This document shows, piece after piece, positions 1 to 7,179 of a DNA stretch of 19,074 bases (positions within the stretch are counted from its first letter, which is position 1; every line of letters starts with the position of its first letter). The DNA comes from Candidatus Thorarchaeota archaeon (lineage in GTDB: Archaea > Asgardarchaeota > Thorarchaeia > Thorarchaeales > Thorarchaeaceae): contig JAEOTX010000222.1 of NCBI GenBank assembly GCA_016839605.1, positions 1 to 19,074 on the forward strand. Direction: 5' to 3'. The notes beneath the pieces were generated by a model. The model saw only the letters and a program-made list of their open reading frames with translations, was not told where the DNA came from and did not search any database. The position numbers were made by a program, and so were the translations under genes.

Positions 1-1616
1 ACCACCATGCTGTCACTAAGGTAGTCAGCCATGAGAATTGAGTGCTCAACTACAAATGCGGTCTTCATATGAGTCTGAATCGTCCTACGGATCGCTCTGG
101 AACTTGCCATTCTCTGTTCAATGTCCAAGAAAGCGGAAGGCTCGTCAAATAGATAGATGTCTGCATCCTGAGCCAGAGTCCGCGCAATTGTCGCACGCTG
201 GAGCTCACCACCAGACAGCTCTGCCACGGTATGGTCGAGTAAATTCTCTAGCTCAAGCTTTCGTATCACTGAGCTATTGAAGTCCGCACTATCCATCGTT
301 GCGCCTCCAGCCTCACGAAGATACATCCTGACGCTTCCGGGGTAGTCTGCTTCAATGTATTGTGGCTTATAGGCTACTTTGAGATCGAAACCAGAGAGGG
401 TCTTGGTCGGAACTTCCCCCTCACTAGAGTCTAACTCACCTGCTAGCATCCTAACGAAGGTCGTCTTACCAATTCCGTTGGGCCCCAGAATACCAATAAT
501 CTGCCCCTTGGTCACTCTTCCACCCTTCACCTCGAGCGTGAAATCCTCAAACTCCTTTTTCAGATCGCCATACTCGACTAGGGTCTCCGAACCGCCGAAT
601 TCCACATCTTCTCCAGCCTGTCCTTTGAATGAGATAGCAGTGTCCCGGAAGCGCATGTTTTCATCTGGAATATATCCATCAAGGTAGATGTTGACGCCTA
701 CTCGAGTGCCGTGCGGATGCGATACAATGCCATAGGCACCAGGAGAGCCGTAGCATAAGCAAATCAAATCAGACACATAATCAAGGATAGAGAGGTCATG
801 TTCTACAACCACGACAGTCTTGCCTTGGTCAGAGAGATTTCGAATAGCTCGGGCCACTCTGAGCCGTTCACGCACGTCAAGGTATGCTGTAGGTTCGTCA
901 AAGAAGTAGATATCACCCTCGCGGACAATTGCAGCAGTCATGGCAACTCGTTGCAGCTCGCCTCCTGAGAGAAACTTGATTGGTCGGTCCCATATCTCAG
1001 TCAGGCTCATATCCTCTTTCAGGTCTTTGAGTCGTCCGGATGTGTCTGCGGCCTCGAGGAGTTCACTGATTGGCTTGTCTGCTACAGCCTTGACCTTAGG
1101 CAGGTCTGTTATGGTCTGAGGTTTATGAACGGGCACAATCTTGCCATCCTGAATACGTTCAAAGAAAGGCTGCAACTCTGAACCTCGATACTGTCTGATT
1201 ATATCATCCCACTCTGGAGGATTCTCTACGTTGCCAAGATTGGGCTTCAATTCACCTGCGAGTATTCTAATAGCAGTGGTCTTTCCGACTCCATTAGGAC
1301 CAATCAGCCCCAAGACCTGACCCTCTTTTGGAATGGGCATTCGGAAGAGTTGGAATCCGTTCACTCCATAGCGATGGCTTCCATCAGTATCAAGTTCCTC
1401 GGGAAGGTTGACAATGCTGATCACATGGTAAGGACATTTCTTCACGCAAATAGCTTCACCAGAGCAAAGAGCCTCCACTATTATGGGGGGCTTATTGGGG
1501 CCATCTGGAAATACGACTGTTTCATCACCTGTTCTGACTCGAGGGCAGAAACGTTGGCACTCATGAGTACAGTCCTTAGGCCTGCAACGGGAATGATCGA
1601 TTACAGCAATGCGCAT
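1..1616 (-). CDS. rli1: Ribosome recycling ATPase ABCE1/Rli1 (RNase L inhibitor homolog); 3' end truncated by the window edge
   Basis: Manual translation of parts of the frame from ATG at 1616: MRIAVIDHSRCRPKDCTHECQRFCPRVRTG...LCSGEAICVKKCPY (Fe-S domain); NBD1 GPNGVGKTT, LSGGELQR, FFDEPTAYLD, VVEHD; NBD2 GPNGIGKTT, LSGGELQR, LFDEPSAFLD, VVEHS. AGGTGA RBS about 10 nt upstream. Probably absent from the ORF track because no stop falls inside the window. Confidence 0.97.
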   Translation of the reverse strand, partial: MRIAVIDHSRCRPKDCTHECQRFCPRVRTGDETVVFPDGPNKPPIIVEALCSGEAICVKKCPYHVISIVNLPEELDTDGSHRYGVNGFQLFRMPIPKEGQVLGLIGPNGVGKTTAIRILAGELKPNLGNVENPPEWDDIIRQYRGSELQPFFERIQDGKIVPVHKPQTITDLPKVKAVADKPISELLEAADTSGRLKDLKEDMSLTEIWDRPIKFLSGGELQRVAMTAAIVREGDIYFFDEPTAYLDVRERLRVARAIRNLSDQGKTVVVVEHDLSILDYVSDLICLCYGSPGAYGIVSHPHGTRVGVNIYLDGYIPDENMRFRDTAISFKGQAGEDVEFGGSETLVEYGDLKKEFEDFTLEVKGGRVTKGQIIGILGPNGIGKTTFVRMLAGELDSSEGEVPTKTLSGFDLKVAYKPQYIEADYPGSVRMYLREAGGATMDSADFNSSVIRKLELENLLDHTVAELSGGELQRATIARTLAQDADIYLFDEPSAFLDIEQRMASSRAIRRTIQTHMKTAFVVEHSILMADYLSDSMV

Positions 1617-1664
1617 TGTATTCCTTCACCTTCAGAAGGGATGAGGAGGGGTCACCGTGCTCAG

Positions 1665-1679
1665 TATTTAGCGCTTTGG
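1665..1679 (-). promoter_or_regulatory. BRE/TATA promoter of ABCE1
   Basis: Minus strand reads CCAAAGC-GCTAAATA about 50 nt upstream of the ATG, followed by a short leader containing AGGTGA (1626-1631). Confidence 0.55.
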
Positions 1680-1709
1680 CTCTAGCCCGGATGTTCCAAT
1701 GAACAGATG

Positions 1710-1723
1710 ACAAACCTTTAGAA
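1710..1723 (+). promoter_or_regulatory. BRE/TATA-like promoter for ORF 1750-1992
   Basis: ACAAACC-TTTAGAA about 27-33 nt upstream of ATG 1750, the typical archaeal spacing; divergent from ABCE1. Confidence 0.45.
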
Positions 1724-1749
1724 CCAATGGCGTCAACAGAAACACAGAG

Positions 1750-1992
1750 ATGAAACTATTAGATCGATTACTGGGAGTGTTCAATAGACAGCGTAATCTA
1801 TTCCTCGGTGCGGTAGGACATCCAGACACTCTTGCAGAATATATTCACCAAGTCAGAGCCCAGACCTATCTTAGACTGACTGGGAAGAAACTCACACAGG
1901 TTTCTATGAAGGATGTCACAAGAAGTTCAGACTCAAGTGACCTTTCAGACAGTGTTTCCCGAGTTCGACGTATCACTCGTGGGCATTCGTAG
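1750..1992 (+). CDS. Small hypothetical protein (80 aa) with N-terminal amphipathic helix
   Basis: ATG start, correctly spaced TATA, fills the gap between ABCE1 and the next gene; no family recognised. Confidence 0.55.
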   Translation: MKLLDRLLGVFNRQRNLFLGAVGHPDTLAEYIHQVRAQTYLRLTGKKLTQVSMKDVTRSSDSSDLSDSVSRVRRITRGHS

Positions 1993-2076
1993 AGAATCTT
2001 GGGTTCGATAGCATTATAGCATTTCCCACGAATTAAACAATGGGGATTAGAGATTTCACTCACACAGCGGGACATA

Positions 2077-2691
2077 ATGGTGTCAAGCCTTCTTGTCATT
2101 GCATTTGTAATCCCGATAATCACCATTATCCAAATTCACCCAGACGGAATAGACCTCCAACTCAACTATCGGCACACGCACTCCCTCCAACAGGGAAGTT
2201 GGGATTCTGACACTAGCATCGCCTATTCTAACTACGAAATCTCATCAGTGGCGAAGCTAGACAACCTCAGTCTTGTCCTGATTGATATGGAGGTAAGAGA
2301 ATTTCCAGTTTGGGTCAATGTCAGTTCTTGGAGTCTAGGTGATACTGTCCAAATTGGCGACCAGATTGTTACGATTATGGGCGACTCCGAGAGAAATGAA
2401 TTACAATGCTGGGTTGGGCAGCTTCCGAATGGCACGGATGTGTATTATTCAAAGGAATTCGGTGTTTTTCTTGGCACATATTACCATGATTGGGACTGGT
2501 CAGGAACGATGTATATCTACTCTGAAACGTACAAGATTGAACTCACTTACCAGAATCTCATGGATCTCTATAGAGTAGAATATGAGCTCAGCTTTGACGC
2601 AATTTTACTCTCCTTTATTATCTTGGAGTTGGCAGCTATCATTTGGCTGATTGAAAAGGGTCGAGGAGGCGTGTTACTCCGAAAGTCTTAA
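2077..2691 (+). CDS. Hypothetical membrane-anchored/surface protein
   Basis: 204 aa; hydrophobic N-terminal segment (LLVIAFVIPIITII), beta-rich aromatic middle, C-terminal TM helix (AILLSFIILELAAIIWLI) followed by a basic tail. Confidence 0.75.
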   Translation: MVSSLLVIAFVIPIITIIQIHPDGIDLQLNYRHTHSLQQGSWDSDTSIAYSNYEISSVAKLDNLSLVLIDMEVREFPVWVNVSSWSLGDTVQIGDQIVTIMGDSERNELQCWVGQLPNGTDVYYSKEFGVFLGTYYHDWDWSGTMYIYSETYKIELTYQNLMDLYRVEYELSFDAILLSFIILELAAIIWLIEKGRGGVLLRKS

Positions 2692-2692
2692 G
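2680..2692 (+). promoter_or_regulatory. BRE/TATA promoter for the box C/D sRNA, overlapping the upstream stop codon
   Basis: CGAAAG-T-CTTAAG lies about 25 nt upstream of 2716, the predicted 5' end of the sRNA terminal stem. Confidence 0.55.
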
Positions 2693-2715
2693 CAAATTCA
2701 ATGATGGCTAATATT

Positions 2716-2788
2716 GTGGAATGATGATGAAGTAGGGATGGTGAGCGTCTCATCAACGTGATGACCCACTAAACCGCAGTCTGACCAC
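2716..2788 (+). ncRNA. Box C/D 2'-O-methylation guide sRNA
   Basis: Terminal stem GTGG(2716-2719)/CCAC(2785-2788); box C ATGATGA 2721-2727 with the 3-nt K-turn bulge; D' GTGA 2741-2744; C' GTGATGA 2758-2764; box D CTGA 2781-2784; two guides of 13 and 16 nt; intergenic, 73 nt. Confidence 0.82.
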
Positions 2789-2873
2789 TAATCATATCCC
2801 CGTTGCATAACAACATCGAAATCAGAACAATGAAGCAAAACAAACAACCTTACTCGGAGACCAATGCATCTTG

Positions 2874-3281
2874 ATGTCCATCGACTGTAATCATTTTTGC
2901 CCCGATGTGAGGATATGCTGCCAAGAAACTGAAATGACCCTTACTCGAGCCGATGCTAAAAGAATCAATGCTCTTGGCTATTCAACAAGTGACTACTCCC
3001 ATAGAGTAGATGGTGGCTTCTGTGAACTGAGGAATGTCGACGGTCATTGTTATTTCTATGACCAGTCCTCAAAAGAATGCAAGATCTACGAAGCTAGACC
3101 AGAAGGTTGCCGATGGTATCCAGTCGTGTACCATTATAAAAAACGCAAGTGTCTTGGCGATGGTGATTGTCCTGCGTCACCATCTCTGACAAGGATCAAC
3201 ATTAGAAAAGTCTGTCACAAGGTGAGAACACTAGTAGAGGAACTTAAGAGGGAGGCCACTCATGGTGAGAGCCCTTGCTGA
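2874..3281 (+). CDS. YkgJ/UPF0153 family cysteine-cluster (Fe-S or Zn) protein
   Basis: CNHFC..ICC, CYFYD..ECKIYEARPEGCRWYP motif. ATG at 2874; the track uses TTG 2871. Confidence 0.9.
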   Translation: MSIDCNHFCPDVRICCQETEMTLTRADAKRINALGYSTSDYSHRVDGGFCELRNVDGHCYFYDQSSKECKIYEARPEGCRWYPVVYHYKKRKCLGDGDCPASPSLTRINIRKVCHKVRTLVEELKREATHGESPC

Positions 3282-4119
3282 TCTTCACACACACTCTGCC
3301 CTCTCTGATGGCACTGATTCACCTACTGAATTGGTCAGGTTGGCAGACGAGTTAAATCTTGGCGGAATTGCTCTGACTGATCATGATACAATCAGAGGGC
3401 TCAGAGAGTTCATGGAGGCTAAAGCATCTCCCGACCTGTCAAGAGTATCTGGCTTGGAACTTAGTGCGGACTATGATGGCCAAGAGGTCCACATTCTGGG
3501 GTATTTTGTCCCTCTAGAGTCAAAGAAACTGGATGGCAAACTTGAGGACCTCAGAAATCGGAGACAATACAAGTTCTCTAAGATGGTTGACAAGCTCCAC
3601 AATCTAGGCATTGAATTGGAGCAAGGTGAGATAGGGGACATCCTAGTAGGAGTAGAGAGCCCCGGACGACCTCATCTCGCATCGCTGCTTGTAAAGAAGG
3701 AAATAGTCAGAACCACAGAAGAGGCATTTGACCTTTATCTAGGAGAGGGAAAACCAGCATTCGTAGAGAAGAAGAGAATGCATGCTTTCAAAGCAATCGA
3801 TCTTCTAAAATCAGTGGGAGCAGTCCCAGTCGTTGCACATCCATTGACTGTGAAGGTGCCTGACTTGCAGGAGTTCCTAGAAGGACTTGCTAAAGCTGGG
3901 ATTCTGGGTGTTGAGGTTGAATATGACTACATACCCGTTGGATTAGAAGCCAGCTTGGATGAGGTGAAGAGGGTCACACAAGACCTAGGCCTCATAGAAA
4001 CAGGTGGCAGTGACTACCACGGAAACACTTGGATGGCTAGTATTGGAAGCACCACTGTGCCTGTAGAAACCATTGACGCTCTCAAATCAGCAGCGAATAC
4101 GTTGAATACACAAGCCTAA
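3262..4119 (+). CDS. PHP-domain metal-dependent phosphoesterase/nuclease (YciV/TrpH/RNase AM-like)
   Basis: DLHTHS..SDG, TDHDT, GLELS, HILGY, GRPHLA, AHP, GGSDYHG motifs; 285 aa; overlaps the YkgJ stop by 20 nt. Confidence 0.93.
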   Translation: MVRALADLHTHSALSDGTDSPTELVRLADELNLGGIALTDHDTIRGLREFMEAKASPDLSRVSGLELSADYDGQEVHILGYFVPLESKKLDGKLEDLRNRRQYKFSKMVDKLHNLGIELEQGEIGDILVGVESPGRPHLASLLVKKEIVRTTEEAFDLYLGEGKPAFVEKKRMHAFKAIDLLKSVGAVPVVAHPLTVKVPDLQEFLEGLAKAGILGVEVEYDYIPVGLEASLDEVKRVTQDLGLIETGGSDYHGNTWMASIGSTTVPVETIDALKSAANTLNTQA

Positions 4120-4146
4120 TCTGTTAAGGCATAGTGTACCTGTCGA

Positions 4147-5064
4147 GTGGTTGACCAATTGAGAGTTATTGATGCTCACGTGCATACTTGGACTAGGGAA
4201 ATTATCAGCCAGAAGGACATCGAGGCTCGTCGGATTGCAGCAGAACGAGAAGGCATAGAGCCTCAATTGGACTCCCCCATTGAAACTCTGCAAGCAGCTA
4301 TGAACGAAGCAGATATTGAAAGAGCAGTCATCCTTCCAATTGATAGCGGTCTAAACCAAGAAATGCCTTTGACTATGAAAGAAAAGACCGATTGGCATGC
4401 TGATGAAGTGGATGGTAATTCTAATCTGCTCACCTTCGTGGGACTCGATCCTCGGAGGGGAAAAGAAGGACTGGAGGAGTTGGAGCGTGCTATCAAGGAG
4501 AAGAAATGTGGCGGATGGAAGATGTATCCTCCAAATGGGTTCTATCCGGATAATGAGGAGTTCTATCCTTACTATGAGTTATGTTCAGAGCTGGATGTGC
4601 CTATAGTAATTCATCAAGGATTCACCTCGCGATTCAAACATATCAAATACGGCAGGCCAGTTCATGTAGATAGCGTAGCCGTAGATTTTCCCAATCTGAA
4701 GATAGTCTTGGCTCATGTAGGGGTACCCTGGGTAGACGAGGCTTTGTCAATTGCATCAAAGAACCCCAATGTTTCCGTTGATGTTTCAGGCTGGCAGATA
4801 TTTGCATCCAGGACTCCTGATAGAGTCTTCAGTATGATTGCAGATGCCAAGTTGGTGCGTGTGTTTCCGAATCGAGTGATCTGGGGCAGCGACTTCCCAC
4901 TCTTCGAGCAGGCGATGCCACTGAAGGAATGGCGTGATTTCTTCGCCAATCTCCAGATGCCAGACTCATTGCTGGAGAAAGGATACCCCCAAGTATCTCA
5001 GGATGAGATTGAGGCTGTGATGTGGAAGAATGCCGCCCGCCTTTTCTTTGGTGAAAATCCATGA
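4147..5064 (+). CDS. Amidohydrolase_2 family TIM-barrel metal-dependent hydrolase
   Basis: IDAHVH, KMYP, IHQG, LAHVG, WGSDFP, NAARL motifs; GTG start. Confidence 0.92.
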   Translation: MVDQLRVIDAHVHTWTREIISQKDIEARRIAAEREGIEPQLDSPIETLQAAMNEADIERAVILPIDSGLNQEMPLTMKEKTDWHADEVDGNSNLLTFVGLDPRRGKEGLEELERAIKEKKCGGWKMYPPNGFYPDNEEFYPYYELCSELDVPIVIHQGFTSRFKHIKYGRPVHVDSVAVDFPNLKIVLAHVGVPWVDEALSIASKNPNVSVDVSGWQIFASRTPDRVFSMIADAKLVRVFPNRVIWGSDFPLFEQAMPLKEWRDFFANLQMPDSLLEKGYPQVSQDEIEAVMWKNAARLFFGENP

Positions 5065-5540
5065 CCCAATTCATTGTTGATGCAATGCTGGGCAAACTCG
5101 CGCTTTGGCTCAGGTTGACTGGCCACAACACAATCTATTCCCCAGAGATTCATGATAATGATCTCTTGGACATCGCTGTGAGAGAGAATAGAGTCCTTTT
5201 GACTTCTGATGCCGAGCTGCACGAACGGGCCCAGCAGAAAGAGATCAATGCACTCCTGCTTAGGGGTAATGTCGATGAGCGTGTGGCACGAGTTTTTGGT
5301 GAATTCAACATCCCGCCTCGTATCATTCCCAGTAATTCGCGTTGTTCAAAGTGCAATGGGCTTCTAGAGGAGCTGGACGAGACCAAGAAGGAAGAAATCA
5401 AGGATCTTGTCCACGAACAGACCTACAATCACTATGATAGATTCTGGCTTTGTGAAGACTGTCAGAGCGTATATTTTCAAGGCGGCCAGTGGGAGAATAT
5501 CAATGAGTACATGGACCGGATTAGAAGACTCCTAAGCTAG
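5061..5540 (+). CDS. Mut7-C RNase domain (PIN-fold, DUF82-like) protein with Zn ribbon
   Basis: FIVDAMLGKLALWLRL, RVLLTSD, SRCSKCNG, CEDCQSVYFQG motifs; ATGA overlap with the upstream gene. Confidence 0.92.
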   Translation: MTQFIVDAMLGKLALWLRLTGHNTIYSPEIHDNDLLDIAVRENRVLLTSDAELHERAQQKEINALLLRGNVDERVARVFGEFNIPPRIIPSNSRCSKCNGLLEELDETKKEEIKDLVHEQTYNHYDRFWLCEDCQSVYFQGGQWENINEYMDRIRRLLS

Positions 5541-5551
5541 ACGGCCTTCAC

Positions 5552-6004
5552 TCATCCCTCACGGACTGTAACATTATAGTCAATCGGGATACACTCACTT
5601 ATTGTTCGGGTCAAATGACAGAATTCTTTCATGAGCTGAAGACATCTCTCACCAGTTTCCAACTCGTCCTCACCAACAACTATCTCTCCCCAAACCGAGA
5701 GACCGACTATCTTGTAGCCTCCTCCATCGAATTTGGCAGTGGCCTTTCCATTCAAGTCTAAAGAGACAAGCTCCATCTCAAATTGGCGCTGAAAATCAAG
5801 GAACGTGTTGTTGAAGCAACCCAAGACTGCGGACACGAAGAGCTCGTCTGGACAGATTCCCTCTCCTCGGCCTCCGTAGGTGAGTGGAGTATCAATGGCA
5901 ACCTTGCGGTTTGCTGTCACATATGCTGTACAGCCGGTTCGCCCATCCCATGAGCTACTAGCGGTATACTCCACAGTTTCAGGGTATCTTGATCGTATCT
6001 TCAT
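5552..6004 (-). CDS. OsmC/Ohr family protein
   Basis: YGGRGEGICPDELFVSAVLGC and KEFCHLTRT carry the two conserved Cys; ATG at 6004, alternative GTG at 6013. Confidence 0.88.
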   Translation of the reverse strand: MKIRSRYPETVEYTASSSWDGRTGCTAYVTANRKVAIDTPLTYGGRGEGICPDELFVSAVLGCFNNTFLDFQRQFEMELVSLDLNGKATAKFDGGGYKIVGLSVWGEIVVGEDELETGERCLQLMKEFCHLTRTISECIPIDYNVTVREG

Positions 6005-6083
6005 TTGAAGCACTTGATAGGTGTCGACATCATGTTCAGATTAAGGATTGCGGTTGGGCTCTGAATTGTCAGTCAGTAAGTCA

Positions 6084-6091
6084 TTTAAATA
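6084..6091 (+). promoter_or_regulatory. TATA box of the dehydrogenase gene in the divergent osmC/dehydrogenase spacer
   Basis: TTTAAATA 33-40 nt upstream of ATG 6124; part of the palindrome ATTTAAAT. Confidence 0.55.
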
Positions 6092-6123
6092 GGCCAATCA
6101 TTGACGACGTGGAGTCTGACCTC

Positions 6124-7167
6124 ATGAGTCGAAAGATGAATGCTGCCATGTTCCATGGAGTTGGCGATGTCAGGTATGAAGAGACTGATGTCCCGGAGAT
6201 TGGCCCTGGAGACCTCTTGGTAAAAGTAGGCAATTGTCTCACCTGTGGAACAGATGTCAAGACCTACAAGAGAGGCCATCCAATCCTACTGAGACACACG
6301 CCGGCTCTATTCGGTCACGAATACGCAGGCACTGTCGAATCTGTTGGAAAGAGTGTCGAGAGTTTCAAAGTGGGAGATCGTGTCGTGGCTACTAACTCCG
6401 CACCTTGCGGAACCTGCTTCTTCTGCAAACGAGGCAGCTTCAATCTATGTCCTGAGCTGAAAGATACCTTCGTTAACGGTGCATTTGCGGAGTACATAAG
6501 GGTTCCAGAGCGGGTGGTCAGATGGAACACGCATAACATTCCAGATTCGCTCTCATTTCGCAATGCGGCTTTGACCGAACCTCTGGCGTGTGTTGTTCAC
6601 GGAATAGAAGAGGCAAACATTCAGCTTGGAGATACTGTGGCCATCATTGGTGCTGGACCAATTGGCCAAATGATGATCATGTTAGCGAAGAAGAGTGGTG
6701 CATCCAATGTCATTGTATCGGACCTAGCCGAGCTCAGACGTGATATGGCTAAACGTGCCGGTGCGGATGTCATCATTGACCCATCCAAAGAGGATCCAAT
6801 TGAGCGCGTGAGATCCGAAACTGAGGGACATGGTGCTGATGTCGTGATTGAGGCTGTGGGACTCCCAGCGACTTGGGAGCAAGCAGTGGACATGACTCGT
6901 GATGCAGGAATGACCGTGCTATTCGGAGGGGCCGCCTCAGGAACCAAGTTTGAGATCGACACAGTACGCTTTCACTACGGACAGCTCACAATCAAAGGGG
7001 TTTTTCATCTCACGCCCAGACATGTAGAGCAGGCTCTAAAGCTCATAATCGCTGGAGATATTGACCCTGACATTCTTATCACTCATACTATGCCCCTCAA
7101 GAGAGTGACCGAAGCCATCATGATGATGGGCAAGGGGGAGAGCATGAAAGTGGCTATTGAGCCATGA
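6124..7167 (+). CDS. Zinc-dependent medium-chain dehydrogenase (sorbitol/L-iditol/threonine dehydrogenase-like)
   Basis: CGTD, GHEYAG, structural Zn CGTCFFC..NLC, Rossmann GAGPIG. Start moved to ATG 6124 (MSRKMNAAMF). Confidence 0.93.
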   Translation: MSRKMNAAMFHGVGDVRYEETDVPEIGPGDLLVKVGNCLTCGTDVKTYKRGHPILLRHTPALFGHEYAGTVESVGKSVESFKVGDRVVATNSAPCGTCFFCKRGSFNLCPELKDTFVNGAFAEYIRVPERVVRWNTHNIPDSLSFRNAALTEPLACVVHGIEEANIQLGDTVAIIGAGPIGQMMIMLAKKSGASNVIVSDLAELRRDMAKRAGADVIIDPSKEDPIERVRSETEGHGADVVIEAVGLPATWEQAVDMTRDAGMTVLFGGAASGTKFEIDTVRFHYGQLTIKGVFHLTPRHVEQALKLIIAGDIDPDILITHTMPLKRVTEAIMMMGKGESMKVAIEP

Positions 7168-7179
7168 CCTCTGTGAGGA

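Noticed and set aside
38-1685. Plus-strand ORFs 38-280, 379-687 and 1350-1685
   Set aside because: Antisense shadows of the ABCE1 gene on the minus strand; no motifs of their own.
2002-2008. GTTCGA T-loop-like motifs here and near 18878
   Set aside because: No flanking T-stem or cloverleaf; not tRNAs.
2008-2210. ATAGCATT tandem repeat and an ATG at 2040 in another frame, suggesting a frameshifted 5' end for the 2077 gene
   Set aside because: The 2077 ORF is complete with its own hydrophobic N-terminus, and TTAAA at 2033-2037 is plausibly its TATA box; nothing supports a frameshift without homologs.
3273-3310. YkgJ ends Pro-Cys-TGA, a possible Cys-Sec motif
   Set aside because: It overlaps the PHP gene start, another TGA follows within 9 codons, and no SECIS-like hairpin was recognised.
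5989-6123. N-terminal extension of the dehydrogenase in the ORF track
   Set aside because: Overlaps the osmC start and the divergent promoter; family similarity begins at Met 6124.
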